From NCBI GenBank assembly GCA_043228905.1, contig JBHGNT010000310.1:1-36330 (forward strand): a stretch of DNA of 36,330 bases, written 5' to 3'. The stretch is from Azolla caroliniana (taxonomy: Eukaryota; Plantae; Polypodiophyta). A program made the translations under genes and the position numbers. This document shows positions 1 through 13,900 of this stretch, piece after piece. The notes beneath the pieces are model-generated. The model saw only the letters and a program-made list of their open reading frames with translations, was not told the DNA's origin and did not search any database. The stretch's first letter is position 1; every line of letters begins with the position of its first letter.

Positions 1-1178
1 ATGAGTTTGATTTTGGAGTAGGTTGACTTTCGGTAGAAGAAGATTTTTTGGCATTGTCCCTTTCTTTTTCCGACTGTTGGACTGAATGTAACCTTTTTAG
101 CCACAATAATGACAAGTGAGCTCCTTGTAGGCTGGGTTGTTTGGTGGTCTTGGATAGGTTTGTTGTAGGAGTTGCTATTTTTCTTCCACTTGCCTTTACT
201 CTTCGCATGGAGAAGCCTCTCATTAGAAGTTTGAGCACTTTTCTTCCTCGTGGCCTTGTCTTGAAGCATGCCAAGAAATGTATTCATATACGGTGTGTTG
301 GGAAGAAGAGAAATTGTGTCACAAAAGGCTGAGAATGATTCAGGCAACTTGATCATTAGACAATGCACAAACTCAACTTCGGTTGACCTACTTCCCAAGG
401 AAAGTAGCTCCTTTTGGAGAGTAACAAATTGCATGATTTGATCCATGATGTTTGGAGTGTCATGAATCTTGAAATTTGCTAGTTGACTCTCAATAGCTAT
501 CATTTGCGCATGGATATTTGTTTTTTATGGCTGCCCGTAGTTCATTGGCTGTGTCTTCATGTGTATCTTGAAATTGATGAGCAATGCTCAGTTCAATATT
601 AAACATGAGGAAAGCATGAGCACAAGAATCCTTATCTAGCCAAGCTTCAATCTCAGCTTTAGATGAACTAGCAACTAATGTGGTTGACAAAGATGAAGTT
701 AATGATGGTTTCTTCTCACTACCATTGACTACATTCCATAGACGATGGTATTGTAGCAAGGTCTTTATATAAAATTGGGGAACATGGGTGAAATGGTTGT
801 TTGGTAGTTAAGTGACTCTTGTACTACCAAACAGACACAATAAATGAGGAATAAGAGGGAATATCTTGGAAAAGTGGAAGAGAGAAAAAGCATTTAAAGA
901 GTTACAGATTCTAGAGAGAGAAGGCATTTAAAGAGTTGCAAATTCTAAAGAGAGAAGTATCTAGAAAGAGAGAGAATGTAGAGGAAAGATAATAAAGATG
1001 AAAGAGAGTGGAGGTCTGGAGCTGCCACCCTCGAACAGGAACCTCATTTTATTAAAGTGGGCACCTTGGCTAATAGGACAGTGTAAACAGGTTAAAAATG
1101 TCCAAGTAGCACCAAGGGTAAAAGTTCAAACTATAGTGCTTGTACAAGCAAAATATATCTAGAAAGCTCTAGATAACA
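1..1178 (-). mobile_element. Degenerate Ty1/Copia LTR retrotransposon 5' part (putative LTR ~830-1178, then gag remnant <775), inside intron 7 of the IPUT1-like gene
   Basis: ORF 490-759 (LLQYHRLWNVVNGSEKKP...EAWLDKDSCAHAFLMFNI...ANELRAAIKNKY) resembles Copia gag. After a frameshift it continues as IESQLANFKIHD...LMIKLPESFSAFCDTI. The minus strand at 1178 begins TGTTATCTAGAG, an LTR-like start, and a PBS-like TGGTAG lies near 823-828. The LTR limits are tentative. Confidence 0.7.
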
Positions 1179-1427
1179 GCTACTAAGAGGTGGAATGGTC
1201 AAAGTTTACATGTGGAGAATCGTTGTCGCCTTTACCTTTCATAATCATGTTCATTTCATCCATAAAATTTGAAAACCATTCTTTATCAAATCAAAGCATT
1301 TACTTATCACTGAAGATATGTGCAAAGGGGCAAATCGTTGCACACCTTAGCTAATTAATCCCTAAAACAAAGTTTTGCTTTGTTAACCCTTCCATATTAA
1401 TTTATGCAAGAATAATTAAGTTACAAC

Positions 1428-3803
1428 CTGCAAATTTGATGTGTGAGGTGGAGATCCATTGGCAGTAGAGTAATACGGTAAGATATTCCCTGCTCTATGT
1501 TTATACGTAAAATTCCTTGTAAAGCGAAACAATAATCCATTCCACAAGGGGTGCTTCTGCAACTGGAAGCATGAATAGAAATCAGCAGCAGGACAAGGCA
1601 AAATTATGAATTCCAAATTCAAATTTTCCAAGAAAACCAACATAAGATGATTTACCTGGAAGAGATAGTTCCGGAAAAGGAAGAGTATGACAAGCAATGG
1701 ACCTATAGCCAAAACCCATACAAAGAGTTGAACATGAGGATCTTGGCCACCACTTGTTCCTGGCAGTGATTCTTCCAAGCTAACACGGACATCCTAGAGG
1801 TGTAGGGGAATTTTCAGGACAAACGGAGGAATCCAAAACCTCCATGAAAAAAGATTATGCTCATTCTTTCCCTAGTGAATACCTGCCAAAAGCGAACTGG
1901 CTCCAAAAGCCAAGCTGTCCACCAATCCCATGGTTTAAGTGGGCCAAGGGTATAATGAATTATTCGTAGCTCGGCCTCATTTACCATCCACTGTTTTGCA
2001 AATGAATTCATTAGGAACAGAACGTGAAATGCTACATATATCTAAAGCTGAATACCATATAAGAATCAGACATGATGCATACAATGTTTCTTAGATACAT
2101 TGCACATCTCTGATAAACACTCAGAACAGTGAACAAATAAAACTGATGCTAATGATAATCGATGCCAAAAATATACTTGAAGTTCAAATTTTCATTTGTT
2201 TTTTAAACATACATATAGATCCAGTTGCTTTACCTTGTTTGCAAGCATGTAAAGACCAACATCAGCATTATAGAGAGTAGAAAGTCTCTCCATCATTGGT
2301 GATTCTCTTAGATGCCTCTCTTCTTCAGATAGATCAGGATTAAAAAGCTGAGCGTTTGGAAATCCAACATAATAAGAATTCAGAAATCCTTGATCCCCTG
2401 CACTTAAAGGTCATGAAAAGTAAGAATCGTGAATGAACTGGGAAAATTTTAGCATATATTTAGAAAATAACCTCCAGTATAAGATGGTAGTGTAGCAACT
2501 TTAGTCAACATGTCTTCAAAAAGCTTTTGAGATGGTTCTACAACCATTACCCCTGAATTAAGCCTCTCAGAGTGCTTCAGATTCGCACAGAATTTCTCAC
2601 AATAAAAAAGATCCTCAATGCTCTTTCGCACGACAGTGTCAGCATCAAGATATACAACTGCATTGAAATGCCCGTCATGTTAAGCCTAGCTTTTCTTTAG
2701 GTGTTTTGTAATCAGATGCATATTCTATCTCTTACTTTTCTTGTAATTTGTCATGTTGAAAATTTTCAGCTTTGTGTAAACACCCCAAAAACGCTTAGGC
2801 CTTTGGATATTTGGATTTGCTAACAAATCGATTTTTTCAATGATCCACCCATCCGCCTGTTCTGCCATGATTGTGAAAAGTAAGAGTGTCAATTCTAGTT
2901 GTATGTAGTGAAATTTAAACGTAGAAATATGCACAAAATCCTCATTTCACGTCAATAGCTATCAACAGAGTTTCTGATGACCATACTATGATCATCCCTT
3001 GTAAGAGCTTTATCAACATAGCTTCTTTAGTACATTTGATAGCCAAAAGTATGAGAAACACCGACCAATTTCTTGAACTTTCTGGTTTGAAAATCACAAG
3101 GAAACAAATGTGAAAATTTTGTATAAAAATTCTTCCAATTTCTTTTAGTTTACTGATATTTTTTCATAATTACCTATAATTTTCATGCATGAAAATAAAC
3201 AATTTTCCTTCTGTTCCTCTAAACTTGAGGTATTTTCTTATAAATTCCTATAATTTATGTATATAAATTTCTTGTTATTTAATGCATGTCTAAAAAATCG
3301 TATACATTTGTCGCATTGTCTCTTAATTTTCTGCTATTTGAAATGTAAAAGTACATACAATTACTACAAATTGCTATAAATTTCTAGTATTTTTTAATAA
3401 TTTCCTATCATCTCATAAATGAAATTAGAAATTTTAAACGATTAATAAAGAAAAAAATTTAAGTTTTGATCAAATAGTAAAAAAGAAACAAATTCACTAG
3501 CGCACTCACCTGGAGAAGATGTATAACTCTTTCCGAAACACCTTCTGAGACAAGAGCAACCATATCCTTGCTAGTTCCTGTATCTCTTAACGATTTACCA
3601 AGAACCCTCACACCAAGAGCAAATTCATCTCCATAAAGAAGAGTAACATACGCTTGGGAAGAAGGAGACAATCTCTTCGATCTATGTTTTAGAATTTTAT
3701 AATCATCCGCTCCAAAGGACTGAAAAAACATGAGAACGATGCAGAAAACGAAGAGAAGGCACGACGGTGAAGAAGATGATGATGAATGCCATCTGAAGGA
3801 CAT
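1428..3803 (-). CDS. IPUT1: Inositol phosphorylceramide glucuronosyltransferase 1-like (GT8/PGSIP6), partial; the 3' exons lie beyond the window start
   Basis: Exons 3803-3510, 2856-2736, 2657-2472, 2397-2234, 1990-1883, 1793-1656 and 1562-1428, all GT-AG and phase-consistent. Motifs: AYVTLLYGDEFALGVRVLGKS, RPKRFWGVYTKLKIFNMTNY, the DxD motif VYLDADT, LNSGVMVVEP, SYTGGDQGFLNSYY and IIHYTLGPLKPWDWW. An N-terminal hydrophobic segment follows the ATG at 3803. Confidence 0.93.
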
Positions 3804-5460
3804 CTTCAGTTTTCTCTTCTCTGTAGATCGTGGCAATTCCGAGTAAATTCGTCTCTGATCTGAATCGAACACAGACAAACGCAAAGCCGTCTCTTCGTTG
3901 TCGTCGTCGACTGATTCTTACAGTAAAGCTCGCCAAATAAGGCCTTTCAAATTTGTTCTGCATTTTTAGGTCTTTCGCATTTCATATTTATGGAAGTAAC
4001 CCTCAGATCGTCAAATACCCCCGCCTTTTTAAAATTCCCAATTTTACCCCTCGGTTTCTCTACTCACACATATACCCTCCAAATGCAGAAAAAACCCAAG
4101 AGACCCCTATCATCAAGCCTACAATAACTTATAAACTCTTTTATGGAAATGTGTGTGCATCGTAAGAGCTTTTATGATCAATCATGCCTGGAAAAAATGA
4201 TGCATTGCAATTTTCCTTCATATATATATATATATGTCTTCATTATAGATGAAAATGTCTATGTAGGGCATAAGGACCTCGTCACTCTCATAGAAAGAGT
4301 GTCAAGATTAATATGCTAAAATAGACGGGAAAGGAAGTGCATATTTAGATATGTGATATGTTTAGTTTGGAATTGCAACTCATATACCCGATGATTACAG
4401 TACTATGATATAAACCCTTATATAAAGGTTTGGCACTAATTGGATTATCACTTAGTTTACACACTCTTCTATATGGATTAAAGACATTTACATTTATTTT
4501 AGAGTGATGACATGTTGTGTACTGTACACACACTCTGTCACCATGTGGATTAAAACATAGACTCAAGTCAAAACAGTAATCCAATTAATTTAATTTCATT
4601 ACTATATACTTCATTTTATTTTGATCACAAGCATGACAATGATGACTATCGTTGTTCAATGTGGGCTGTAACATATTATGAATAGATTGAAGTGAAAAAC
4701 TATTGGTACATCAAATTATGTTGGTAAGGAAAGTGTAACATTATTGTCATCGTCAACTTCTTGTTTGAAGTGTGATATGCCTTATAATCCACCTATTGTT
4801 GAAAAGAAAACCCATACTCAAGTTAAAAATGACTAAGATATTTATATCATTTCTCATTTAACCCAGAATTTTCAAACAAAACTTCCCATAAGTGAGACAG
4901 TTCATGATGACAAGGTTTTATTATTTCTCATTAAAGTGTCCAACTTTCCATCGTTTAATCATTTGTCATCATTGGTTTTCTTGTCAACTCTGTACTTGTT
5001 ATTTGTTAATTCATTATGGGAAAGGTTAAGGGTTAATGTAGTCATATGTGTTACAAAACTTCATTTAGACTCAACTCAGGCTTCACATGGTATGTCTTCA
5101 TGTGTAGCTTAGCACCTTTTTAAGTATCATAGTACTATGATAAAGTTATATACCACATAATAATATGATAATTTTTCACTATTATATTAACAAATCACAA
5201 AATCCATATTTGCATTTTCTTAACAATTTGACGTAGAAATAAAAACGATTTAAAAAAATGTGTTTTGGGTAGAATAATGATTACAAGTTACAAAAAGATT
5301 GAGTCTCTTTCTGACTGGCATGATCGGTTCTCAAAATTAAAAGTTCTTCTACATCGAAAAATATTTTTCATAAGCATCTTACGACAATTAGTGTTGTTGT
5401 AGCATTTATTATATTAAAGACACATGGAAGTTCACAAGATCATTCTTATATTTAAACTAA

Positions 5461-5540
5461 AAACAATAGCGTTTTTCTTTAAAAGGTAATGATAAGTAAT
5501 AAACAATAGCCTTTTTCCTTAAAAGGTAATGAGAAGTGAT
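5461..5540. repeat. Tandem duplication, 2 x 40 bp
   Basis: aaacaatagcgtttttctttaaaaggtaatgataagtaat is followed by aaacaatagcctttttccttaaaaggtaatgagaagtgat. Confidence 0.85.
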
Positions 5541-7902
5541 AAGCTTATTATTTCACAATGAAAAAGAAAAAGACCATCCTAGCATCGATAGACTTCTAAC
5601 TTACTGAATGTCATGATTGAAAATCATTCTAAAACTAAGGACGGGCATCTAATTCCACAAAGGTTGTCTTGTCTAGTTTTGTACTAAAACAAAGGGAGAA
5701 AGCATAGTGTACATGAAAGACAAATTTGGTCCTTGCATAGATGGATGTCACAACTAGATTACAACAATACAATGTCACAAACATGTTTCAAGAGTTGAGG
5801 CTACATAATTCATGGCAAGGAGAGAATTAACATAAGCATAATGTGGTGTTTTCACTCACTCACTCCAATACATGCATATCAAACATGGATGCCTCATTAG
5901 TGCATGTTAATGTTTCGTGCACTCAATATTGATGAAAACTAACTAAAAATATCTATTACAATAAAACAAGTTGAAGTACCATTGTAGCATTCTTGAGCGT
6001 TGTTGACTTTAGGAAAATGAATAGTGAAGTGGCATGCTTGAGGTAGTCCAAGAGCTTGATCTCTATCAAATTGATCAAGAGGAGAACCAATGATGAGAGA
6101 ACACAAATATATTCCTTAATTTTATTTAAGTCACAAGGGTTCAAATGATCTAATGTCCTACTACAATGATCATCATTGTTGCTTATACACCATATAGTGG
6201 CATGTCCAAACAAAACATAAAAAGGAGAGAAATACTAGAATTCTTAAGTTATAAGGAATATTGTCTAGTTGTATATAGCCTTTTGTGGGTTGGGTGTTCA
6301 TTTCTTCCTCTCCTTGTATACATAGTGAACATTTTGAGCATTAGAAAATTTGTACACCCAAAATTGGTGTTATCTTAAAAAATAAATATGCACTCCATTG
6401 GTATGATATTCAAAGCCACCTACAAACAGAGAGGATTGACATGGCCTAAGTATAGAACTTTAAATAATGTGCATTTAATTACATTGTTGCCATATCATAT
6501 TTAGAAACCACATCAATATATATGTTTCATGCCCATTATTTATGTGATATTTGTTATCACTCCCGGTATGTTTATCATGGAATCCCATGTAAAATGCAAG
6601 TGTATCTTAATTCAAAATTTTCAACAAATGCATTTTTTCAAATCCTTCCTTTGGAATAATTCTTTCCCTAATATATACCTTTGGCCATATCTAACTCAAA
6701 CTTCATGTTTCAAAGGTTTAAGGAAATATTCGAATAACAAAATCTAGAAAAGAACGTAAAACCTTCATTAATTTCCAAACAATTCAAACACAAAGATAAT
6801 AAGATGAGGAATTTTTGCATCTTTACATTTAGTGGTTTGTTGTATCGGTAAACAATCTAAGACACAAATAACATGTTGGCCATATGTATAGGCTCTAATG
6901 TCGTTGATGTCGTTAGGAGCTCATTTGCCAAATAATCTCCTTAGATATCCCCAAGGGCCTAAGGACTATTTAAAGGGTAAAAAATGCCCATCTTATTTGC
7001 CAATGAAAAGTATACATATGGGCCTTGAAGGTGCTTAATCTCGATACAAAATAGAGGTACAAATTACAATGATCGTACGAGGTTCCTATCATATCTTAGA
7101 AGAACTTAGTATCTATATGTTGTTTCTTTATATAATCTAGAGTGTTCTTGGAAGATTACGTATGCATGGTCATGGTGATGACTCCAATGGGTATGCTAAA
7201 TGACTTAAGATAATCACAATATTGCATGTAGGTGAGGGTAGACCAAGTACATAATTGTTGTTTACTTAAATGAGAAACATCGTGAGAATGGCAATGACAC
7301 TAAACCTTTGCACCCTTCCTAATGATTAAAGATTCTCTTCTTAGGGCATGACTGATGTGTCTAACGCATTACTTTTTTTTGTTGCATTGAAATCCCCTAA
7401 TGTCATACATTATCCCTTACCATACTAACTAATGAAGTCACTTCATCATCTAGCATCCTCCTGATTAGATATTGTTATTATAACACAGCTTAGACTCGTT
7501 TATATGTCCATAGTGGATCATGAAATCCATGGTTTCAATGCCCAAAAATATTATTTAAACTTAACGAACATATTCCAAGCTTTGGAGAAAAGCTATGAAC
7601 CTCTATGTTACAATTCAAACACCGTCTGCAATGCTAACAAGATGAAGAAACCCATGTATTTGACATAACTTACATGAATTATGGGATTGATTTCTGCAAA
7701 CATACTCATTATTCAAAAATCCTCCAAAACAGAATGGAGGCTCATTTTTAAAAGTGATAACAACTCAGAAGCAAAGTGTTTTCAGGCATAGAATCTATCC
7801 TTCAACAATAATATAATGTTGGACTAGCTCAATCTGTTTCTAAAAATTGTAGTATATTGGAAACAAGTCTTGTTGTCTTTGACAATACAAACATTATCTT
7901 GT

Positions 7903-10900
7903 TCAAGTGTCATCCAATGATGTCTTTGTAATGCTAGCCTCCAATTCTTCCAATTCAGCAATATCCAATTCATCGTCGTCGTCGTCAAAAATATCATCCT
8001 CCTCATTAAGTAAAGGTTGAGCTGCCTTTGATGTACTAGGATCTTCACCCTGTACAGTGTAAAGTTTCTCTCTATCACTCTCTCTCTAGGACATTAAGAA
8101 ATCATCATCGTTACCTATCCTTTTGTAAATCATAGCAAATATATTAAAACAATACAACAATATAAAATCCCCTTGCTGAAGATATACAATCATGAGGATC
8201 ACCATAGAAGGATAAACTATCTAAGGTGTTGTAAGTTTAGATAACATGAAGTAATCACTATAAAAATATGAGAAGGTTATAGATTGTGGATGTACAGGTT
8301 CTCTATCTTAACATAATTATTTAACATTTAAAAAAGCAAAAGACAATTACTTTTTTTTACGTTTGATTTTGTGATGCATCATCAATTTTCTTCTAATGTA
8401 CGATTGAACAAAAAAAAACACAGTGAACCTCTTTTTCCTTGTTTTTTGATGTTCTGCAGAGAAAGGGTGCCTGTCCTTTCTTCCTACTAGCAACAGCAGT
8501 CAATTCTCTCCCTGATGTTTTGTCAAAACTGGCCTCTTTATGGACGATAAAAAAATTCTAAATTCTAAATTCTTTGACTTCTACCAGTCCCATCACTGAA
8601 ATAGAGTCATCCTGCAGTGAAATGGAGCTTTGGCCTGTGATTTCCACGATTTCCAGTGAAACATTTCACAATGACTGGACTAGAACAAACTTCATACAGT
8701 CTTTCTATTACGAAGTTCTTTGTAGTAACTTCTTCTTGTTCTTCTTCTTATTTCAGATGTTATTGAAGTTGATCCTCAAAAAATAAGGTAGAGGAGCATT
8801 GAGGGTCTTCAAAATAAGACGTTTCACTTTGGTCGCCTTGTGTGAGGAAAGCCAGTTCTAACATTTCCAAATTCCCATCCACCATTCCCTCCCCTGCAAG
8901 TGCTCCCCACACAGGACCCTAGACCAGAGAAAGCGGCTCTCCAGGAGTCTCTTCCCTTTTCTTGGCCTAATCTGCTTTCAGTCTCCACTATTATCAGACT
9001 CTCAGTCGATTTCCTTCCCTGGAGCTGACGTTTCAGTTCATCAAGTCTCTCAAGTCGGCAGAGCCACAGCACACAGCATGCCCAGCAGGCTTTGATATGG
9101 TTTCCCAATTGGAAACACATGGATAACAGAAGATATCTTCCCATTGCTTTGGCCTTTCGAAGCATCCTTTCATCTCAATGGTCATGCTCAGACATCCTTC
9201 CAATGCACTTTCCACGATAGCAGCCAGCAGGAGTTGAACCTACCGAACACTGTACAAAATCGCGACGAATATTCTGAAATTGCTACTCCACCTGTGACTG
9301 CTTACAACCAAGACAAAAAACTGCCATACAGAAACCACCTGTTCTATTTATTTTTGTTTCAGAAACAAGTGCTCTCCTTGAAAGCAACACGTCATTCTTT
9401 TTCATTTCTGAAACGAGTGTTTTGGGTTCATTATGCAGGCTAGGATAGCAAAAGGACGGCATAAGGGATGAGGTCAATTAATATGGAGCAGACTGGAGTC
9501 ATCAGACAATCATTATGATTTCAAGCTCAAACTTCAAGGTTAGAATTTCCCACATGCCAATTGAAGGATGAGAGTGAAACCAAAGGATTGTCCCATATCC
9601 ATAAGAGTGGTAGAGAGCAAATTGCGAACAAACTTCTTATGAGTCATTTCATTTATGTTTGATTAGTTGCCAGCACAGAACCTGAAACAGCAGAAGGTTA
9701 AGCCAAACATTCTGGATGGAGCCCATGTGAGTGTACAGGTTCATTAAGCACATGTCATACATTTGTATGCTCTAATACCGATGACTGTGCCACACTCCCC
9801 TTGTTGCCATGGGAAACAAAAACAGGAAAATCATTTCCAAAATTTATATAGAGAAATGTAAATCAATGGCCCGATTGAAATGCTTCAAAACTATTACTTG
9901 ATAATATACACATTCAAAAGTTGGCTCCAAAATTCAAGAGCAGAATTTTCAGAAATTCAAGTTAAGTAGGCTATCTAGACGAGAGTTCTAATATGCTAAA
10001 AATAGAGAGAAATTGGGTTAAAGTACATGTCCAACACCTCCTAACCTTAAAGAGAAGGTAATTTAAAAGTTAAAGAGCAGTGGTGTAATGTAGACTTCCA
10101 ATTTTGGGAAATATAAGAGAAAGGAAGAAATTTCAGAATGATGAGAAATAACACTATTCTAGACCTCCAAATTTGCTGGAGATAAAAAAAGAGTGAGAGG
10201 AACCAATTAAAATACTTGGCTTTTGTCACTGGCTTTTTTGTGTGCTCGTTAATTGCAGAAAAAAGTACTTATAAACTGATAAATAGCTTGCTTTCAAAGA
10301 TTAATTTAAGAGTTAACAATACTGGGAAATGTGTATTCAGTTTCAACAGTGAGAGACACATATTTCCAACAACTACGACTTGCAGACATGACAACAGCCA
10401 AATTTACAATAAACATCTACAATGGTAGACATCAAACTCCCTAGAAACAATTCATGCTGATTATTAGCTGGGCATTGTTGGCGTTATTCCTTGATACATG
10501 ACCAAGGCCACAAATCGCAATACTGCAAGAGTGGTGATAATTGCTATCAAAATGAGAAACAGGGATTCATTTATAGGTATCCTTAAACTCACTTCCAACA
10601 GAATGTATTCACCACCTAAAGATCCAATCTCTCGTTATAGGCATGTCATATTAGACTGGGCAATATCGGCACAATCCAGATGCCTACGACCTAAGCACAT
10701 AACAATTTCCTCCTCGATGTTGAAAGGAGAACTCCATGAGTGTCTCTTGCCTTTATTACAAGGTTGAAATTCGTTTAGCAGGATTGTGCTTCATGGAATT
10801 CAAGTTTTCCAAATTTGAATTATTTTCAATGCTTAGGGATGATGGCACCTAATGGTAAGTATGACTTTCACGAAATTTGAGAGGTTCCTTCCACAATCTT

Positions 10901-13900
10901 AAACAGTTTATGTTATGCAAACATCCGCTTTATGAGCATAATGAAGAATCTTATCTACAGCTATATGCCATTTCTTATTCACAAAAGATGCTTCCTTAAC
11001 CTGACCCATTTCAGTCATTCACCATAAAAAGAACCTAGAAATTGTATTTCTATGGTATACAAATCAGTGACATGATTTACAGTGTCAATGTCCCTATCAA
11101 TATAATAATTGACACTATTACTTTATGCAAACATAATGGTTTTGCCATAAAGATCGAGTATACTGAGTTCAAATATCATATAATGGTTTTACCATAAAGA
11201 TTTAGTATACTGTGTATCTGTTTATTTGACAAATTCAATAACAGAAAATAGAATTATAAAATGCAAATAAATAATGATGAAAGGGGATGAATACCTTAGC
11301 ATTTTGCTTGGGGGGGGAAACTGCTGCTTCTTGCTGGTTTTCTTCATCTCTCTGATATTGTTCATAAGCTTCAGCGTCATCGACAAACAAACTTGCATCT
11401 GATGCAAAGAGTTCTCGGCCACTGCTCAAAATCAACACCTTCATTATAAGTTATCTTTGTAATATACACTCATATCTATCTGCATAGATGCTATTAAAGA
11501 ATTCATTCCAATGACAATGCAACACCTCATCCGATCGTTTTTGGCCCGTTCTGCTTGTTTAGCAGCAAGTTGTGCCTCTTTCTCCATCATTTTCTTTCTT
11601 TTCCATTCTTCAAACAGAGTTGTTGTCATAGGCGTTGTGGTTTTCACCTTAGACCTCTATAAACATATAACCAATAATATAAGTTTTAGATATGCACTTC
11701 ATGCACAAGATTCTCAACAGAACATTATCCACCCATATTTAACTTCAAAATTGCATACCTGATTTTCTATTTCTTCCTCAATTGATATTTTCTCTGCTTC
11801 TTCTTCCAACAATGCCTTCATCTGAGATTTAAGCACATATCCTTGAGGTAAAGCATGCCGATAATGGCAGTCCTTTCCCCCATTTGGACAAACCCAGAAC
11901 CAACCATATTGTTTCTTCTCAACAGCATCAAGGAAGAATTTACAGACCTGCTCAGAAACGTGAAATGCACACCATGATTCAATATCAAACAGTATGGAAA
12001 ATATCACTAGCTCAGACTAGGCGCATAGCATGTAATAGATGTTTCAGCCATAGTTATCATTACAACATTTGAGAAACCCTTCGAACGACACATAAGATTC
12101 AATGAGCTACGCCACGCAAAGCTATCTTTCCAACGTTTAAAGAGCCCCAGAAATGATGCTAAAAATCTTACCACTTCCATTTAAAGAAGTCAACAGCCCA
12201 AACTGTTTAATAGCTGTTCAGCAAGCCAGCTATGAAAGTATAAGACTACATTCTACCACTAATATATGAGCCATGGATTTTTCTCAAGAAACTGAAATAC
12301 AAAGTATCTTTCCTTAACATACTATTGTAAATCTAATGGATTATATAATTTGGGATGCAATCTGTAAAAAAAATATGGATCTAATTCCACAGATATGTTA
12401 TTAATAAGTTTTATACATTGTTCAAAAATATTCGGATTTGCTTCTCTGAACCAAAACAAAATGAAAATGTGCACATCAAACTGTAATAGAAGTTGGCAAT
12501 TTCGGCAGATTCAATATGTAACAATGCATATGATCTGATTCCCTTAACCAAAAGGAAAATAAAGGAAAGAAATGAATAATGGCTTGTCAAAGATCAATAC
12601 TATTTCAGTTGGCTTATTTTGAATATATTCCTGGCCCTTTGATTCCACGACCTTCTCCAAAGTCTCTTGATCCCAATCCTCCATGGTTGCTGTAAAGAAA
12701 ACAACACCAATGTCTCAGTTACTAATACAGCACTGTAGAAGATGTGATATATAATTGATGCAAGTACTCTTACCATCCCTCTTGTCACTGTATAAGTCGA
12801 TCTTTTCACCCTTCCTTTCAACATTCAGGTCATGTGAATACTTGCACTTAAATCCTTTTGCACATTGACCTTGCCGAAAGAATTCACAAACAATGGATTT
12901 GGGATCCACACCTACAGATTTACAACGGTGTTATCCATGAAAGATCGATGTATATAAACAACTATGACTAGAATATGATAGACAATGATCAAAACAGAAT
13001 CAAATCAATGAGCATACCAACAGGCACCTTGGGCTGGCTGATGGCAACTTTGAAAAGCTCATTCAGCTCCTTTTCCCTTTGGAGTTCTTCCTCTTTCTTC
13101 TTCTGCATAAAAAAACATATCCTTTAAGAAAAGCCATATGAAATCAATAGACGCTCTTGTTTTCTTTCTTAAACACATACTGCAAATAAGCTTTTATTGT
13201 TCACAGATATCTGTGTGAAATTAAAGCATCATAAAGAAAGTTTCTAAATCATAGACCCTGGTGGGCAATAAGCATTCTATTGCAACTCTAATACTTTTCA
13301 CGTTTTCTTTCTTTCTCAGTATACAGATAACAATAATTTTGATTCAGCTTTTGAGACTCATATAGTAAGTTGCAAAAAACAGAAGTGCTCCATTGCAAAA
13401 AACACTCATACCTTTCCAATGTGCTATCTTTCAGAAAAACTGTGCCCTTAACAATGTAGACATAACTTTTGCTTCATATTTTGAATCATCTTCAATCTCC
13501 ATATAATAAAGTGCAGACAAAAGACATTCAATTACAAATCTCTCATACTGTTCCAATAAATTCTTACTCAAGGAGAAGGTTCTCATTTTCTTTGTGAACA
13601 ACATAGACACACCTTTGCAGCAACTTTGGGATCATCTTTGAGCTTCATATAGTGAAGTGCAACAAAAAGCATTCAATGCAAATCTCTCGTACCTTTCCCA
13701 TAAATTCTTACTGAAGAAAAAAACTCTCTTTTTAAAGAAATATTAATGATGGCATTACCATACATTTGCTGCAGCTTTGGGATCATCTTGAGCTTCAAAG
13801 AGTAGAAGCAAAAAAGGCACAGAAAAAAAATCCACGAGAGAAACCGTTTTCTATTATGTTATCAAAAGCTTTACTTCCATTGAAGAAACGGTTTCCCTAA

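Noticed and set aside
3804-3884. TTG-initiated N-terminal extension of IPUT1 in the ORF track
   Set aside because: The ATG at 3803 directly precedes the signal/anchor segment. The extension is probably 5' UTR.
4200-7500. Intergenic region with short ORFs
   Set aside because: Probably heavily decayed TE sequence. I could assign no motif.
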